A DNA stretch of 64,000 nucleotides from Hyaloraphidium curvatum SAG 235-1 (taxonomy: Eukaryota > Fungi > Monoblepharomycota), in the NCBI GenBank assembly GCA_025558095.1, contig JAIVFI010000020.1:496001-560000 (forward strand). The letters run 5' to 3'. The position numbers were made by a program, and so were the translations under genes. Below are positions 22,357-33,972 of this stretch, piece after piece; positions within the stretch are counted from its first letter, which is position 1, and each line of letters opens with the position of its first letter. Under the pieces are notes generated by a model. The model did no database searches. It worked only from the letters and a program-made list of their open reading frames with translations, and was not told the DNA's origin.

Positions 22357-24783
22357 ATGGCGGAGGCAGCGCGCCCCGCCGTCTCGCTGTCCTCGATTTT
22401 GGACTACGGAGATCCGAAGGGCCGTCGTTTCGACGCCTGGGTCCGCCGAAACTTCGGCGAAGATGCGGGCTTCAAGCTCATCCAGGCGTTCGCGCGCACG
22501 GTCGTCGCGAGCAACTTCTCGCAGGTCTCGATCCGCGGGCAGTACCGCGTGCCGCAGGACGGCCCGCTGGTCGTCTGCGTCGCGCCGCACGCGAACCAGT
22601 TCGTCGACCCCTTGATGGTGTTCGCGACGATGCCGCGGCCCGTGTCGTTCGTCGCCGCGCGTGTGACGTGCGACAGGCTGTGGCTGGGCAGGCTGTGTCT
22701 GCTGGCGCGCGCGATCCCGGTGCGGAGGGCGCAGGACTATCGCAAGCCGGGGCAGGGCGTGGTCTTCATGCCGGACCCCGAGAAGCCGACGCTGATACGC
22801 GGCGAGGGCTCGAAATTCACCGAGCAGCTGCAGCTCCGCGGCGGCATCGTGCTGCCCAACACGATGGTGCTGGAAATCGCAAGTGGGTTCGCAGCACTCG
22901 AAGGCGAGGCGTCATTCCCAACCGCCCTTTCATCAGACATCATCTCCGACACCGAGGTGGAGATCAAGAGCCCGCCCCCGCCCGCCGCCGCCGCCCTCCT
23001 CGACCCCGCAACAAAGACCAAGTACAAGGTCCAGCCCTACGAGAACCAGGACGCGGTCTACTCGACCGTGCACGCGCTGCTCGACGCCGGCGGCGCGCTG
23101 GGCAACTTTGTCGAGGGCGGCTCGCACGACAGGTCGTCGCTGCTGCCGTTCAAGGCCGGCGCGGCGATCATGGCGCTGGGGGCCATGGCGGCCAAGCCGG
23201 GGCTCAACGTGCGGATCCTGCCCGTGGGGCTGCACTACTTCAACCCGTGGGTCCTTGCGCGGCCGCCCGCCTCCGTGCCTGCCGGCACTCACGCCCGGGG
23301 ACAGGGACAAGTTCCGCTCCACGGCGTCCATCTCGTTCGGCGACCCCATCTCGATCCCGCAGTCCGCGGTCGAGGACTACAAGGCCGGCGGCGAGCGCAA
23401 GCGCAAGGCCGTCGCGCAGCTGCTCTCGGAGATCACCGACGCCATCAAGACCCAGACCGTCAACGCGCCCGACTACGATGCCCTGATCGTTGGTTCGCGT
23501 ACCTGCCCGCAAGTTTCAATGCTAACCTCCCGCCCACGTTTAGGCCATCCAAACCGTCCGCCGCCTCGTGACCCCGATCAACTCCGCCCTCTCCGTCGCG
23601 CAGAAGCTCGACATCACCCGCCGCATCACCTCGTACTACCTCGCGCACCAGGACAGCCCCGGCCTCAAGGCGCTCGTGGAGCGGTGCAGGGCCTACAACG
23701 ACGAGCTGCTCGCCCTGGACATCAGGGACCACCAGGTGATGAAGGCGCCCGTGGGGCTGGCGCAGACGGTGGGGCTGCTGGGGAAGAGGCTGGTGCAGCT
23801 GGTGGTCGGGACGGCGCTCGCCATTCCTGGGTGAGCCTCGCCTCCTGCTCTTTCTTGGAACTAGCTGACCACTGCGCCGGAAAGCCTCCCCCTCAACCTC
23901 CCCATCGGCATCCTCGCCTCCTTCATCGCCCGCCGCAAGGCCAAGGAGGCCCTGCGCGCGTCCACGGTCAAGATCGAGGGGCGCGACGTGGTCACCTCGT
24001 GGAAGCTTCTCGTGATCCTCGGCGTAACGCCCGTGTGGTACGGCGTCTGGGTGGGTCGCGCGCTCCGCGTCGGCGGTGGAGATCCCTGGCTGACGTCAAT
24101 CCCGCGCTGCAGCTCGCGGGGATCGACTACTACCTCATCGCGCGGCGCGGGTGGTCGCTGCTCAAGACGGCGATCGCGAACCCGTTCATATACGCGGGGC
24201 TGTGGGGGATCGGGTTCAGCAACATCTGGTTCGCGGACAACATGGTCCGGACGTTCAAGAGCCTGAGGTGGCTTCCCACTTGCCCATCCGATAGATTGCT
24301 CGCTCACCTCGTTCGCCAGGGCGATCCTCATGAGCGCCTTCAACCCCAACCGCACCCAGGCCCTCCGCAAGAAGCGCGCCGACCTCGTCGGCGATGTCAA
24401 CAAGTGGCTCGACTCGCTCCCCGCCCAGGACTCGGCGGCCCTGACCAGCGGCACCGACGGCGCGCTCATCAGCCGCGAGGACCGGGCCTACAACGAGTAC
24501 CACACCGGCAGGCTGGCCGAGGGGCGCAGGCCCAGCCTGGACATGGTGGCGTTCAGGACGAGGGCGGAGGAGGACGAGAGGGTGGCGAGGAGCGATGCGG
24601 AGCTGTTTGCTGCGAACATGGACGAGGACGACGGGGAGGATCACGAGGACGGTGGGTTTGGCCTTTGGCGGCGCGCGAATGTGGTCGATTCTGACGTGCG
24701 TGGCGCCAGTCGTCGAGGTCATCCGCCGCGGATCGATTCTGCCGCCGCCCACGCGTCCGACCACGCCCCCCTCCAAGGACTGA
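22357..24783 (+). CDS. SCT1: Glycerol-3-phosphate/DHAP sn-1 acyltransferase (fungal Sct1/Gpt2 type)
   Basis: APHANQFVDP, IPVRRAQD, EGGSHDRSSLLPFKAG, PVGLHYF, STVKIEGRDVVTSWK; multi-exon. Confidence 0.88.
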
Positions 24784-24908
24784 GGGACGCCGTCCCCCGA
24801 TCACGATCTGGTTCTGTGCTCTGGCTCCAAGTCATGTCATTCCGCGCATATGTAGCAGTCAGTTTTGGAATCCAAGATTGAATAAAGGCAGTGAAACATG
24901 GAAATGAA

Positions 24909-25766
24909 TCACGAAGCCGCGCGGATCAGAAACTCTGCGTAGCCCATGCTCGCCTCGGAGACAAACGCAGGTTCCCCATCGGCGCCGATGAACACCCGCT
25001 CCCGAGCCACCTGCTCGACGCACGCCAGCAGCGCCGCAAACCCGCCCGGGATCCCGCGCTCCGTGGCCCTGCCGGGGTTCGACGCCTCGAACCCGAGGGT
25101 GTAGAAGGGCCTCGGCGCGGCCGCCGACCCCGGAAACGGCATCACGAGCAGGTCCGTCAGCTCGACCTCGACGTCGATCTCGACGCCCGGCCTGCAGGCG
25201 CCGTCTTCTCGCGCGCGAAAGACCTTCATCGTCCGCGTCTTGCGGATCGTCCGCAGCTCCGCCGTGTCCTCGTCGTCGAGCAGGGGGGCAAAGTTGGGCG
25301 GGGCCTCCTCGGTCGCGCGGAGGGACCACTTCTTCCACGCCTCGAGGGTGCCCCTGGAGCCCCGCACGGTGACATTGCGGCGGGGTACCCGGGCCAGCCG
25401 TTTCAGCTCCGCCACGAACTCGCCGTCCAGGACTGGGACCTCGCTCGGCCCGCGCACCTTGATCCCAAAGTCACGATCGGTCGGGAGCAGGTAGTAATCG
25501 GTCCGGGGCGGGTCCAGCGCGGCGCCGGCCGGGGTGCTCGGTTCTTGCACCAGCTGCGCGCCGTCGCGCGGGGGCGGCGAGTCGTCCCGCAGCGATGCGA
25601 ACCACCGCGAGATGACCGGGTTGCCCGAGAGCAGGCCGGGCATGAACCATCGCAGTTCCGCGGAGGCCTTGGGGAGCTTCGGCACCGCTTGGGCCGCGGC
25701 GGGCATGACCCCGGCCAGGAGAAGCACGGCGGCCGCAGCAACGCGCGGTATCGGCCCGACGCGCAT
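24909..25766 (-). CDS. Intronless secreted protein, CYTH-like bacterial hypothetical family
   Basis: Signal-peptide-like VAAAAVLLLAGVMPAAAQA; motifs ELRWF, RTDYYL, GIKVR, ELK, WKKWS, VELT, TLGFEA. Confidence 0.6.
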   Translation of the reverse strand: MRVGPIPRVAAAAVLLLAGVMPAAAQAVPKLPKASAELRWFMPGLLSGNPVISRWFASLRDDSPPPRDGAQLVQEPSTPAGAALDPPRTDYYLLPTDRDFGIKVRGPSEVPVLDGEFVAELKRLARVPRRNVTVRGSRGTLEAWKKWSLRATEEAPPNFAPLLDDEDTAELRTIRKTRTMKVFRAREDGACRPGVEIDVEVELTDLLVMPFPGSAAAPRPFYTLGFEASNPGRATERGIPGGFAALLACVEQVARERVFIGADGEPAFVSEASMGYAEFLIRAAS

Positions 25767-26204
25767 TTGAGGTCTTCGATGGCCGGAATATGGGGGTGAA
25801 AGACGCGTTTTGCGAGGGAAGACTCGCGAGGACGTGTTCGGGGTGAGGAGACGAAATGATCGAGGGCGTGCGACGCGTTCTACAAGAGCCTCTTCACCTC
25901 TCTGAGCTCTAGACCGCTCTTTTGTCGCCAAAATGATGGAGACGGAAGCAGGATCGCATCCTTTGTTCAGCATCGCTCTATCTTGGAGCTCTCTCCGACC
26001 TGTTCTCTTCGTCTCCCAGCGGCGAACTACGAGAAGCGACTTCGGCTATCATCCTCAGCCGTTTCAATCTCTGCAGTTCAATTGAATTTCTCTGCATGGT
26101 CGGTCGAAGGGATGCCCTTTTGGGGAACTCCGGCTTGTTGGTGCCGCGGGCCGCTCGCAATCGACGCTCCGAATCAACAGTTTCCCACGGAACTTTGGAT
26201 CGCG

Positions 26205-28874
26205 ATGACGAGACACAAGAAGCGCGGACGCGGCGGCGGCAAGGCCGCATCGCAGAAACCGCCAGCCCAGGCGACGGAACCCGCCGCGGTGGCCGCCGTT
26301 GCGCGCGCGCCGTCCCCCTCGCCCGCCGAACCGCCCGCGGAGCAGCCGCCGGCGCAGGCCCCGCCGCCCGCCCGGCAGCTGCGAAACCGAGAGAACATTA
26401 AGCCGGCCGCCGCCTCCGCTGCCCCGGCACCTGCCAAGCCCGCGGCGCGCGCGCCAAACGAAGCGCAGACCGCGACAGCCCAGGCCCCCGCACCGGCCCA
26501 ATCGCAGGCCGACGCCGCGCTCTTCAGCCGAGTTCGCGAGCCGAACAAGGATGCGCGCAACCTCAAAGCGCCTGCCACTCCGCCGCCGCCGCTGCCGAAG
26601 AAGGTGGCGTTCGAGCTGCCTTTCGCTCCGAGCAAGTCACGCCCGCAAGAAGGAGACAATGCTGGCGAAAGCGAAGCAGAACATGCTGGTGAGGCCGAGG
26701 CCGCGGTCCCGTATAGCCCGCCCGCACACTTAGGTTGGTGGCCGCTGGCCGAGTATTTGCCTGGTGTTGAAGATTGACATTTGCCCTGTAGGTGACGACG
26801 GCACCGAGAGGGTGCTCGAGATCTTCGACGCCCTGGCTAAAGTCCAGGCGGAGATTGCTGAGCACGAGCAGGAACTAGACAAGTACGTCCAGATCCTCGG
26901 GGGGAAACGCGACGTCCTCGGGGCAGGTGCATTCAGAGCCGTCCTCAAGGGACGCTTGAAGAACCACGCAAATGCGTTGGTTGCCATTAAGGTGATACCT
27001 CCAAGCGCCGCCGAGCTAGAAAAGGGAATCGACGCTCGGAGCTTGCGCGAGGCGATGCTCTTGCACAAGTGTCGTCACAAGAACGTCGTCGAGTTGGTCG
27101 CTTCCCATTTGTCTTTGGCTTTGCGCTGACCAAAACGCACCCGGCAGGCTGAAGCTGGTTCGCTATCCGAATTCCCTCCGGCGAACCATCGATTTCTCCA
27201 ACGTCACGTCAACCGAAACCATGCACATCCTGACGTTCTACGCGAAGCCGCCGCCTTCTTTCTTTCCTCATGACTCCGACACCATCTACCTTGTTCAAGA
27301 GCTCCACGGCACCAACTTGCAAAAGTTTGCGGAAAACAAAGAGCCCACGGACGACGATATCGAGGTTGGTCTCTTGCGCCTGCGCGGCTTGTTTGCTTAC
27401 CTCTCCCAGTCTTTGCTGCGTCAACTTGCCGAGGTCCTGGACTTCCTGCATTCGAAGGGGATCATTCACCGGGACATCAAGCCCTCGTGAGCATTGTGTT
27501 GGCACGGGGATCGTCCATTCAAAGCCTAACTCTCTCTGATAAAGGAATTTTCTCGTCAAGGGACTCCACCTCAAGGTCGCCGACTTCGGCCTCTCGCGCG
27601 ACAAGCAAATTGCGAGCGAAGCGCTGTCGCACGGCGTAAGTGTCTGCCACGGGTCGTTTCCGGCGTACCTTGACCGTGTTGGCAGGTCACGACGTTGCAA
27701 CTCCGGCATCCGCAGCCTCCTTGCATGCGGTTCGAGGAAGCCGAGTGCAATTTTCGTCGATTTCATCGAGGTGAGCCACTCGCGGCTGTATCGATTCTTT
27801 TGGCTGACATGATTGCACAGAAACTCACGGCAGCGAACCCCAAGAACCGCATTTCGGCGGCGCAAGCCCTCGAGCACCCTTACCTGGGCGGAAACAAGGC
27901 CACCTCCTCCTCCGCTCCCGAACCACCTTCGCCTCCCGCTCCGATCCCCGTCCGCCTGGCTCCTATTTCTACCAAGCTTTGTGATCTCGTGACGCAGAAG
28001 TTCGGCTTTGCCAAGATGCACACTCCTTGGAGGGATAACTGCTTCTACGTCGCTCTTTGTTTCATCACCAAGGAGCTGGTGTCTTGCATCCGCGAGCGCC
28101 TCTCCGCGCTCAAGCCAGGATGCGTCTTTACGATCTGCGGAGAGGACCTTCCCGACGCTCTTTCGGGGCAGATGAAGTAAGTAACGTGGCGAGCGCGGAG
28201 CATCCGAGTTAACTCTGTGCTGCAGTGTGCAAGGAGTGACATGGCGGATTGCGTTCGGTTACTTCGCGGCGGCCATATTCTACCACTTTGGCGATCGACT
28301 TGAGAAGGTCGTTTACAAGGACGGCCACTGCGTCAGGCAGCACCGCGAGGGCAAAGTTCTGGAGGTGACGCTGAAGGCCGCTACGGCTGAGGACACGGCG
28401 CCGCTCCTGCTTGTCGAGTGACCACCATCGACTCCGACACCGAATACTCACGTGATGAGCCTATCCTCCCCGACTGGGGAGATTATCGTGAGGATACCCT
28501 CGGTCCGCACAGTCAAAGCCAGATTCTTGCCCTCGACGTGCTTCGCTCGACGTGCTTCGCTCGACGTGCTTCGCTCGACGTGCTTCGCGCTGGGTCTGCC
28601 GCCCGCCTTAGAGGAGCTCGACGAGCAGGAGGTGCAGATCGGGGACCTCGAGCGCGCGGACTACTCGCGGGCCGCCGACATTTTTCGGGGCAGCTCGGCG
28701 CAGATAACGCTAGCGTTCGACCTGCCCCCGTTAAGTGACGTGTTGCCGAAAGAGCAGACGGAGCTGGCGTTCTGGAGGTTGCTTGAAGGATCGGTGGACG
28801 GGCTTCGGTTGCGATACGATCGCGCTTTGGTGGACGAGATTGCGCGATGGCAGCTGTGGGAACTGTACAGTTAG
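26205..28874 (+). pseudogene. Degenerate CMGC-like Ser/Thr kinase with C-terminal extension
   Basis: Spliced GAGAF, VAIK, SLREA, HRDIKPSN and DFG are intact. After VTTLQ (about 27700) the APE and DxWSxG subdomains are missing and subdomain XI (FVDFIEKL...NPKNRISAAQALEHPYL) is in a shifted frame. In-frame TGA at 28419. Confidence 0.7.
28532..28587. repeat. Tandem repeat, 4 x 14 nt (ctcgacgtgcttcg)
   Basis: Four perfect copies read directly. Confidence 0.95.
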
Positions 28875-29155
28875 CTTTGTTGAATGATTATCGCGTGCAC
28901 TTGTCGATACAGAACTGGGGAGCGAGGCTTCCAGCTACGTCATGCTACCAGACTTGCACCATAGCGCCTTGCTCCCGTCGGGACAGGGCGAGATAGAGAA
29001 GCGACGACTAATCTGGTCGTACGGGCCAACTCGTCTGCTTCGCTCGGTCTTTGCAGGTGGCCGCAGCGGAAGAACGTCGGTCGGGGTTCGGGTCGGATCA
29101 ACTGGGTCGGATCAACTGCCAATCCTGCCTCCCACATCCCCATCGCGCCATCGCT

Positions 29156-30031
29156 ATGATGCAGCCCATCTTCCGCCTCGTCGCCACGCGCCACGGCCCG
29201 CTCTCCGTCGCCGCGCTGCAGCCCAAAGCCCCCGCGCGGCCGACTTTCGTCCTCGTGCCGCCGACCTTCGTCTCCGCGCAGCAGACGTACGGCCCCCTCG
29301 CCGCGCGCCTCGCCGCCGCGCACCGCGTCGTACTCGTCGACCTGCCGGGCCACGGCGCGTGTCCCGCGTGGGAAAGCCCCCTGACGCGCACCTCAATGGA
29401 AAACCTGGCGGACGCGGTATCCGACGCGCTCGCGGACCCTTCAGTGGCGGTCGAGGGCGACGCGGTGTACGTCGGCACGAGCTGGGGCGCCAACGTCGGG
29501 CTGGACATGCTATTCCGAGCCCGCGCGGATGCCGGGGAGGGCATGATGAACTGGACGCGGTTCTTCCTCTTCTCGCTGGACCCGTACCCGATGCCTCTGC
29601 CGGCGGCGGCGTTCATGCTGTTTATGGCCAACGTGATCGGCATGACGGGGAGCTTCCCGGCGTCGGAGAGGGTAAAGATGGTTGATGCGGGGTTCACTGA
29701 GGGATGGATGCAAGGGGAGGGGAAGGAGGATGTGGAGGGGATGCGAGAGCACGCTTTGAAGGTGCCCGCGGGCGTGCTCGGGGGAGTGACGAGGGCCGTG
29801 GCATGGGGTCCGGCGGACAGGCTCGCGAGGCTGAAGAGCCTAGGCAGCAAGGTGCCGCCGGCGACGCTGGTGCTCGCGCGGTCCGACCCCTTGTTCGATG
29901 CAGAGGCGGTGAAGAGGAGGCTGGAGGCGGACGGGGTGCCGCTGGACGTGGTGCTGGTCGACGGGAAGCACGTGTGGGTGCGGGAGACGCCGGACGTGGC
30001 GGCGGAGATCATCGAGGGGCCGCTCGCATGA
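29156..30031 (+). CDS. Alpha/beta hydrolase, intronless
   Basis: VVLVDLPGHG, nucleophile elbow GTSWG, SDPLF, GKHVW..ETP. Confidence 0.85.
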   Translation: MMQPIFRLVATRHGPLSVAALQPKAPARPTFVLVPPTFVSAQQTYGPLAARLAAAHRVVLVDLPGHGACPAWESPLTRTSMENLADAVSDALADPSVAVEGDAVYVGTSWGANVGLDMLFRARADAGEGMMNWTRFFLFSLDPYPMPLPAAAFMLFMANVIGMTGSFPASERVKMVDAGFTEGWMQGEGKEDVEGMREHALKVPAGVLGGVTRAVAWGPADRLARLKSLGSKVPPATLVLARSDPLFDAEAVKRRLEADGVPLDVVLVDGKHVWVRETPDVAAEIIEGPLA

Positions 30032-30120
30032 GCTTCTTCGAGGCACCGGGATAGGTTGTGCAAGCTGAGCGCACCCATTGCATTACAGATAGTAGATAGT
30101 CTGCACTGTGAATAGTCTTG

Positions 30121-31546
30121 CTACGACCCGCACCACAGACCCTTCCTCCCCTCGGGGCACGGCTGGTTGTCCGGCTGCGGCCCGTACAGGACCACGTCCA
30201 GGCTGCTGGGGCACGTGAGCGCGTCGAACGCCGAGCAGCCCTCGAATGTCCATCTGTAGCCCGCGTTCGCGGGGTCCGCGGATGCGGGGTAGTAGCCTTG
30301 AGAGGGATCGACGAAGTAGGAGCACCTGGGTGGGAGGTGCATCAGAAAACGACGGGCAGGCAAGCCAGCGGCCGACCCACCAGAAGCCAACGGTCGGATA
30401 CCCGCACCACGCCCCCGAAGGCTGCTGTCCCGTCGCGATCTGCCCCGAGTAGCTCGCCGTCGCGTACGTGCACTGCACCTGCACGTTGACGCTCGAAGGG
30501 AAGCACCCGCCAAACACCCATGCCTGGTTCAAACCGGGCGGGTTGGGAGGGTAGTATCCGCCACCGGTGGCGGTGGTGGTGGGGAGGGAGAGGGTGGTGG
30601 TCGAAGTTGTGACGCCGAAGAGGGCCAGGGCGCGGGAGCACCAGCCGAGAGGATCGCCGTAGCCGTCGTCGCCCCATGCGGCGGCGTGGATGGGTCCGCA
30701 CTCAAAGTACGGCGTCGTGGTGTCCCCAGTCGCCGCCAGATTGTCGCAGCAGGCCTTGTCGACCCAAATACAGTCCTTGGAGTTGAAGCTCATGCACGCG
30801 GCGTTCTTCCACTCCGTCAGCTTCACAGGCGCCCACGAACCGGGGGTGTAGTGGTCCTCGAGGCACACCCACACCGATCCACCGTAGTCGGGGCCGCCCG
30901 TGGGGGCCGTGCAGACCGTCCCGGGCGGGGGCGGAGGCGGCGGAGGGGGTTTGGGGCAGCTCTGCTCGCGTATAAGTTGCTGGCGCGACGCAGGCACCGG
31001 AAAGGAACCCACCAGCGTCGTGTTCTTCAGCCCGATCGCCTTCCACGCCGCCGCGCACCACCCTCCCTCCGCCGTCCCGTTGGGCGGGCACAGCGGCCCC
31101 ACCTGCGCGACGGGCTTGCCCAGCGGGTTCAGGAACTGACAGTTCTGGTCCTGGAACCAACTGCACGCCGTCGCGTCGGGCCCGAGGCACGCCTGCGTCC
31201 CCTGGTACTGCCCCACGACGACGTACGACCCGCCGTCGTCGCACGAGGGGATGCACTGCCCGTCCGTCCACCCGGCCTGCTCCGTCCCGCAGTAGAGGCC
31301 GTTGGGCCGCGGGTCGGCGCAGGAGGTGCGGCCGTCGGGCAGGGGCGTCTCGTAGCCGCTTGCCAGCGTGCCTTGGAGGTACAGGGCGCCGAGGGCGCGG
31401 GCGCACTTGTTGGAGAGGTCGGCGTTGGTGTCGGAGCAACCAATGAACGTCCAAGTCGTGTTCGCGTCGGGCAGCGGGTCGGGAAAGGCGAGCGCGGGGA
31501 GAGCGGCGGCCGCCGAGAAGGCGAAAAGGAGCGCAAGGCGCCTCAT
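30121..31546 (-). CDS. Secreted cysteine-rich modular protein
   Basis: Signal peptide; repeated W-x-F-x-G-C modules and AC...C.W...GWC modules separated by Pro and Thr linkers; one intron near 30325-30390; TAG at 30121. Confidence 0.75.
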
Positions 31547-31896
31547 CTTTCACAGGGGACGGCCCGGGTTTGGGGGGCAGCAACACACGAATCGGGTGGG
31601 GGCGACGCCGGGGGCGACCTTACCCAAAGTCACCCCGCGCTTCGCCCCGAATGGCCTTTCCAGGAAGCGGCATCATAGAGCCGATCATTGTGACAGCATG
31701 TTCAAAGCGGAATACATCAACAGCAACGAAATGCGGGGACAATCCAGAAGTACAAGGCTCGCATCCGGGGATTCTTTTCTCGCCCGAGGAATCACACTTG
31801 GGTAACGCGGAAGACAAAGAAACTGTACAGGGCGACTCGAGTCGCCAGCCGCATCAGCGGCGGGGGTTGTCAATCAAGCGGCCAGGCGCTCGAGGC

Positions 31897-32437
31897 TCAT
31901 TCCCAGGCCGCAAGGGTCGGGCTGAACGGCTCGGCTTCGAAGCTCGTCTCGGCGAGGCATTCGGCTGATCCGGTGAAACACGCGTGAGCTGAAAAGCGAC
32001 CAGGGTAAAGGATCGGCGACCCACGCTTGGTGTAAATGACCAGTCCCTGGTCCGACTCGTCGCCGTCCTCCTCCTCCTCCAGCCCGACTGTCTTGCCCTC
32101 CGACTCGCCCTCCCCGTCGAGCACCGTCCACCTGCCCCCCTCGTCCTTCTCCGCCGGCGTCGCGGGCTCCAGCGGCGACATCCCCGCCGCGAGCGTCACC
32201 GCGCTCCCCGTCCTCTTACTCGCGAGCGAGGCCCCGCTGGACGACCGCTTCGGCTTCGGGCGGGGGCTTTCCTCCTGCTCGTCTCGCGGGCCGGCCAGGG
32301 CGAGGTAGAGCTGGCTTGCCAGGGCTTCGGGGCGGTCAGGGATGAGCGCGGCGCGCAAGAAGGGGAAGCCCACCTGCGAGGATGAACAGGGGGACGTCGG
32401 TGTCCATCTCCTTCACGGCGCGGAGGAAGGAAGACAT
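31897..32437 (-). CDS. Small hypothetical membrane-anchored acidic protein
   Basis: ATG 32437; a GT-AG intron joins VPLFILA to ALASQLYLALAG; 3' end uncertain. Confidence 0.45.
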
Positions 32438-32721
32438 GTTGTTCCGGTGCGGGGCGTCGGCGGGGCTCTACGTGTCCGCTAGGTGCTTAGGGTGCCGGGG
32501 GAGAGACTGGTCCGTGCGGCCCCAACGTCGGGGGCTCCTCGAGAACGGGCACCGGACGCGGCAAGGGTCCGCGGCGGGGACGATGTGACCAAAGAAGAGC
32601 CGCTGGACGCGGTCGCAGGAGGAGGGAGGGTGCGCAAGGTGGTTGCAAGGCCACCGAGATCCGAAGAGATCCGGCGCCCCCCACCGCGGTGACCCACGTC
32701 CCCTTCCAACGCAAGCTCACG

Positions 32722-33972
32722 ATGGACGCGCTGGCCGCCGAGAACGCGCAGCTGCGCGTTGAGAACGCTGCACTGCGCGACGAGGTGGCCGCCCTCCGCT
32801 CGCAGCTCGCCGCGCTCGGCGTCGGGGCTGCCAAGGGGACCTCAGCCGGATCCTCCGTGGACGACACTGTCCCGCTTCTTCCCCCCGAAATCGTGCTTCA
32901 CGTCGCCCGATTCTTCGAGCCCGGCTCGCGGTCGCTGCTCAAGATGATGCTCGTGTGCAAATCCTTCCACGACTTGCTCCTGCCGCGTTTCCTCGAGGAG
33001 TTCAGTGTCCCCGTCGCGTTTGATCCGGAACGGGCACTGAGGCGTTTCTGGGTCGGCAAGGACGATGCGGCCAAGCTCGCGCACGTGAAGAAGCTCGACG
33101 TCCGAAAACCGGAAGCAGAGTGGTACGCTTTCAATGCGCTCATCCGCGCTTGCACGAACCTCAACGAGCTCTCCATCGCACCGCCTGTCACGTGGAGCTT
33201 GGGAGAATATTTGCGGGGCCCCTCGCTAGCTAATCTCTCGCGGCTGAACCTCTTCTTCGACGGCATTGAGGGCAACACGGGCGGGACTGCGAACGTCAAC
33301 TTGCCCAACCTCAAGCACCTCGATTACACCGGCATGCCGTACCGGACGGTTGTTCGGGCGGTAATCAAGGGCTGCCCGCGCCTGGAAACCATCGACTGCG
33401 AGATGCTCGAGCTCCCCGAGGACTGCAGCGCCATCTTCCCTGAAGCGTTCGTTTCGAAGATCCGGACGTGGCGATACTGCCAGAGCATGTTGCTCCGGCC
33501 CATGCTCCGGTTCCGTTCCTTCAAGCCGATCAAGATCGCGGTTTCGGAGTTCGGGGATTGGTCGGACAGCGCTGAGAAGGATTGGCCGGATGTCCTTCGC
33601 CTCCTGTCGCTCAAGAACGTCGAGGTTCTGGATTGCAAGTCATCCTTGTTCCTCTTGGGCATGCCGTGCACGCTGGAGTCCCTGGACATCCGATGCTTGT
33701 TCTTCGCCGAACTCGACTCCAGCGATCTCGACAAGATCTCGAACGTGATCCGCGCGAGCGGCGCCCGCTTCACCCTGCATCTAGCTCTGCCAGAAGATAG
33801 GATCACGCAGAAGATTCAGGACGAGCTGGCGTTCTGGAAGGCGCTTCGAAAGTCCCACGGCAAACTCGATCTGCAGTACGACGAAGAAGAGGCTTCCTAC
33901 ATCGAGATGTGGAAGCCAAGGGTGGTGCCCTGCGTCATGTTGGACTCCGACTCGGGTTCGGACGACGGCTGA
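32722..33972 (+). CDS. Coiled-coil + F-box + LRR-like protein, intronless (copy A)
   Basis: Heptad leader MDALAAENAQLRVENAALRDEVAALR, F-box-like LPPEIVLHV...LLKMMLVCKSF, LxxLxxL repeats; paralog at 41808-43052. Confidence 0.8.
   Translation: MDALAAENAQLRVENAALRDEVAALRSQLAALGVGAAKGTSAGSSVDDTVPLLPPEIVLHVARFFEPGSRSLLKMMLVCKSFHDLLLPRFLEEFSVPVAFDPERALRRFWVGKDDAAKLAHVKKLDVRKPEAEWYAFNALIRACTNLNELSIAPPVTWSLGEYLRGPSLANLSRLNLFFDGIEGNTGGTANVNLPNLKHLDYTGMPYRTVVRAVIKGCPRLETIDCEMLELPEDCSAIFPEAFVSKIRTWRYCQSMLLRPMLRFRSFKPIKIAVSEFGDWSDSAEKDWPDVLRLLSLKNVEVLDCKSSLFLLGMPCTLESLDIRCLFFAELDSSDLDKISNVIRASGARFTLHLALPEDRITQKIQDELAFWKALRKSHGKLDLQYDEEEASYIEMWKPRVVPCVMLDSDSGSDDG

Noticed and set aside
28419-28421. In-frame TGA as selenocysteine or readthrough
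   Set aside because: The locus has other inactivating lesions and no redox motif; a pseudogene is the simpler explanation.
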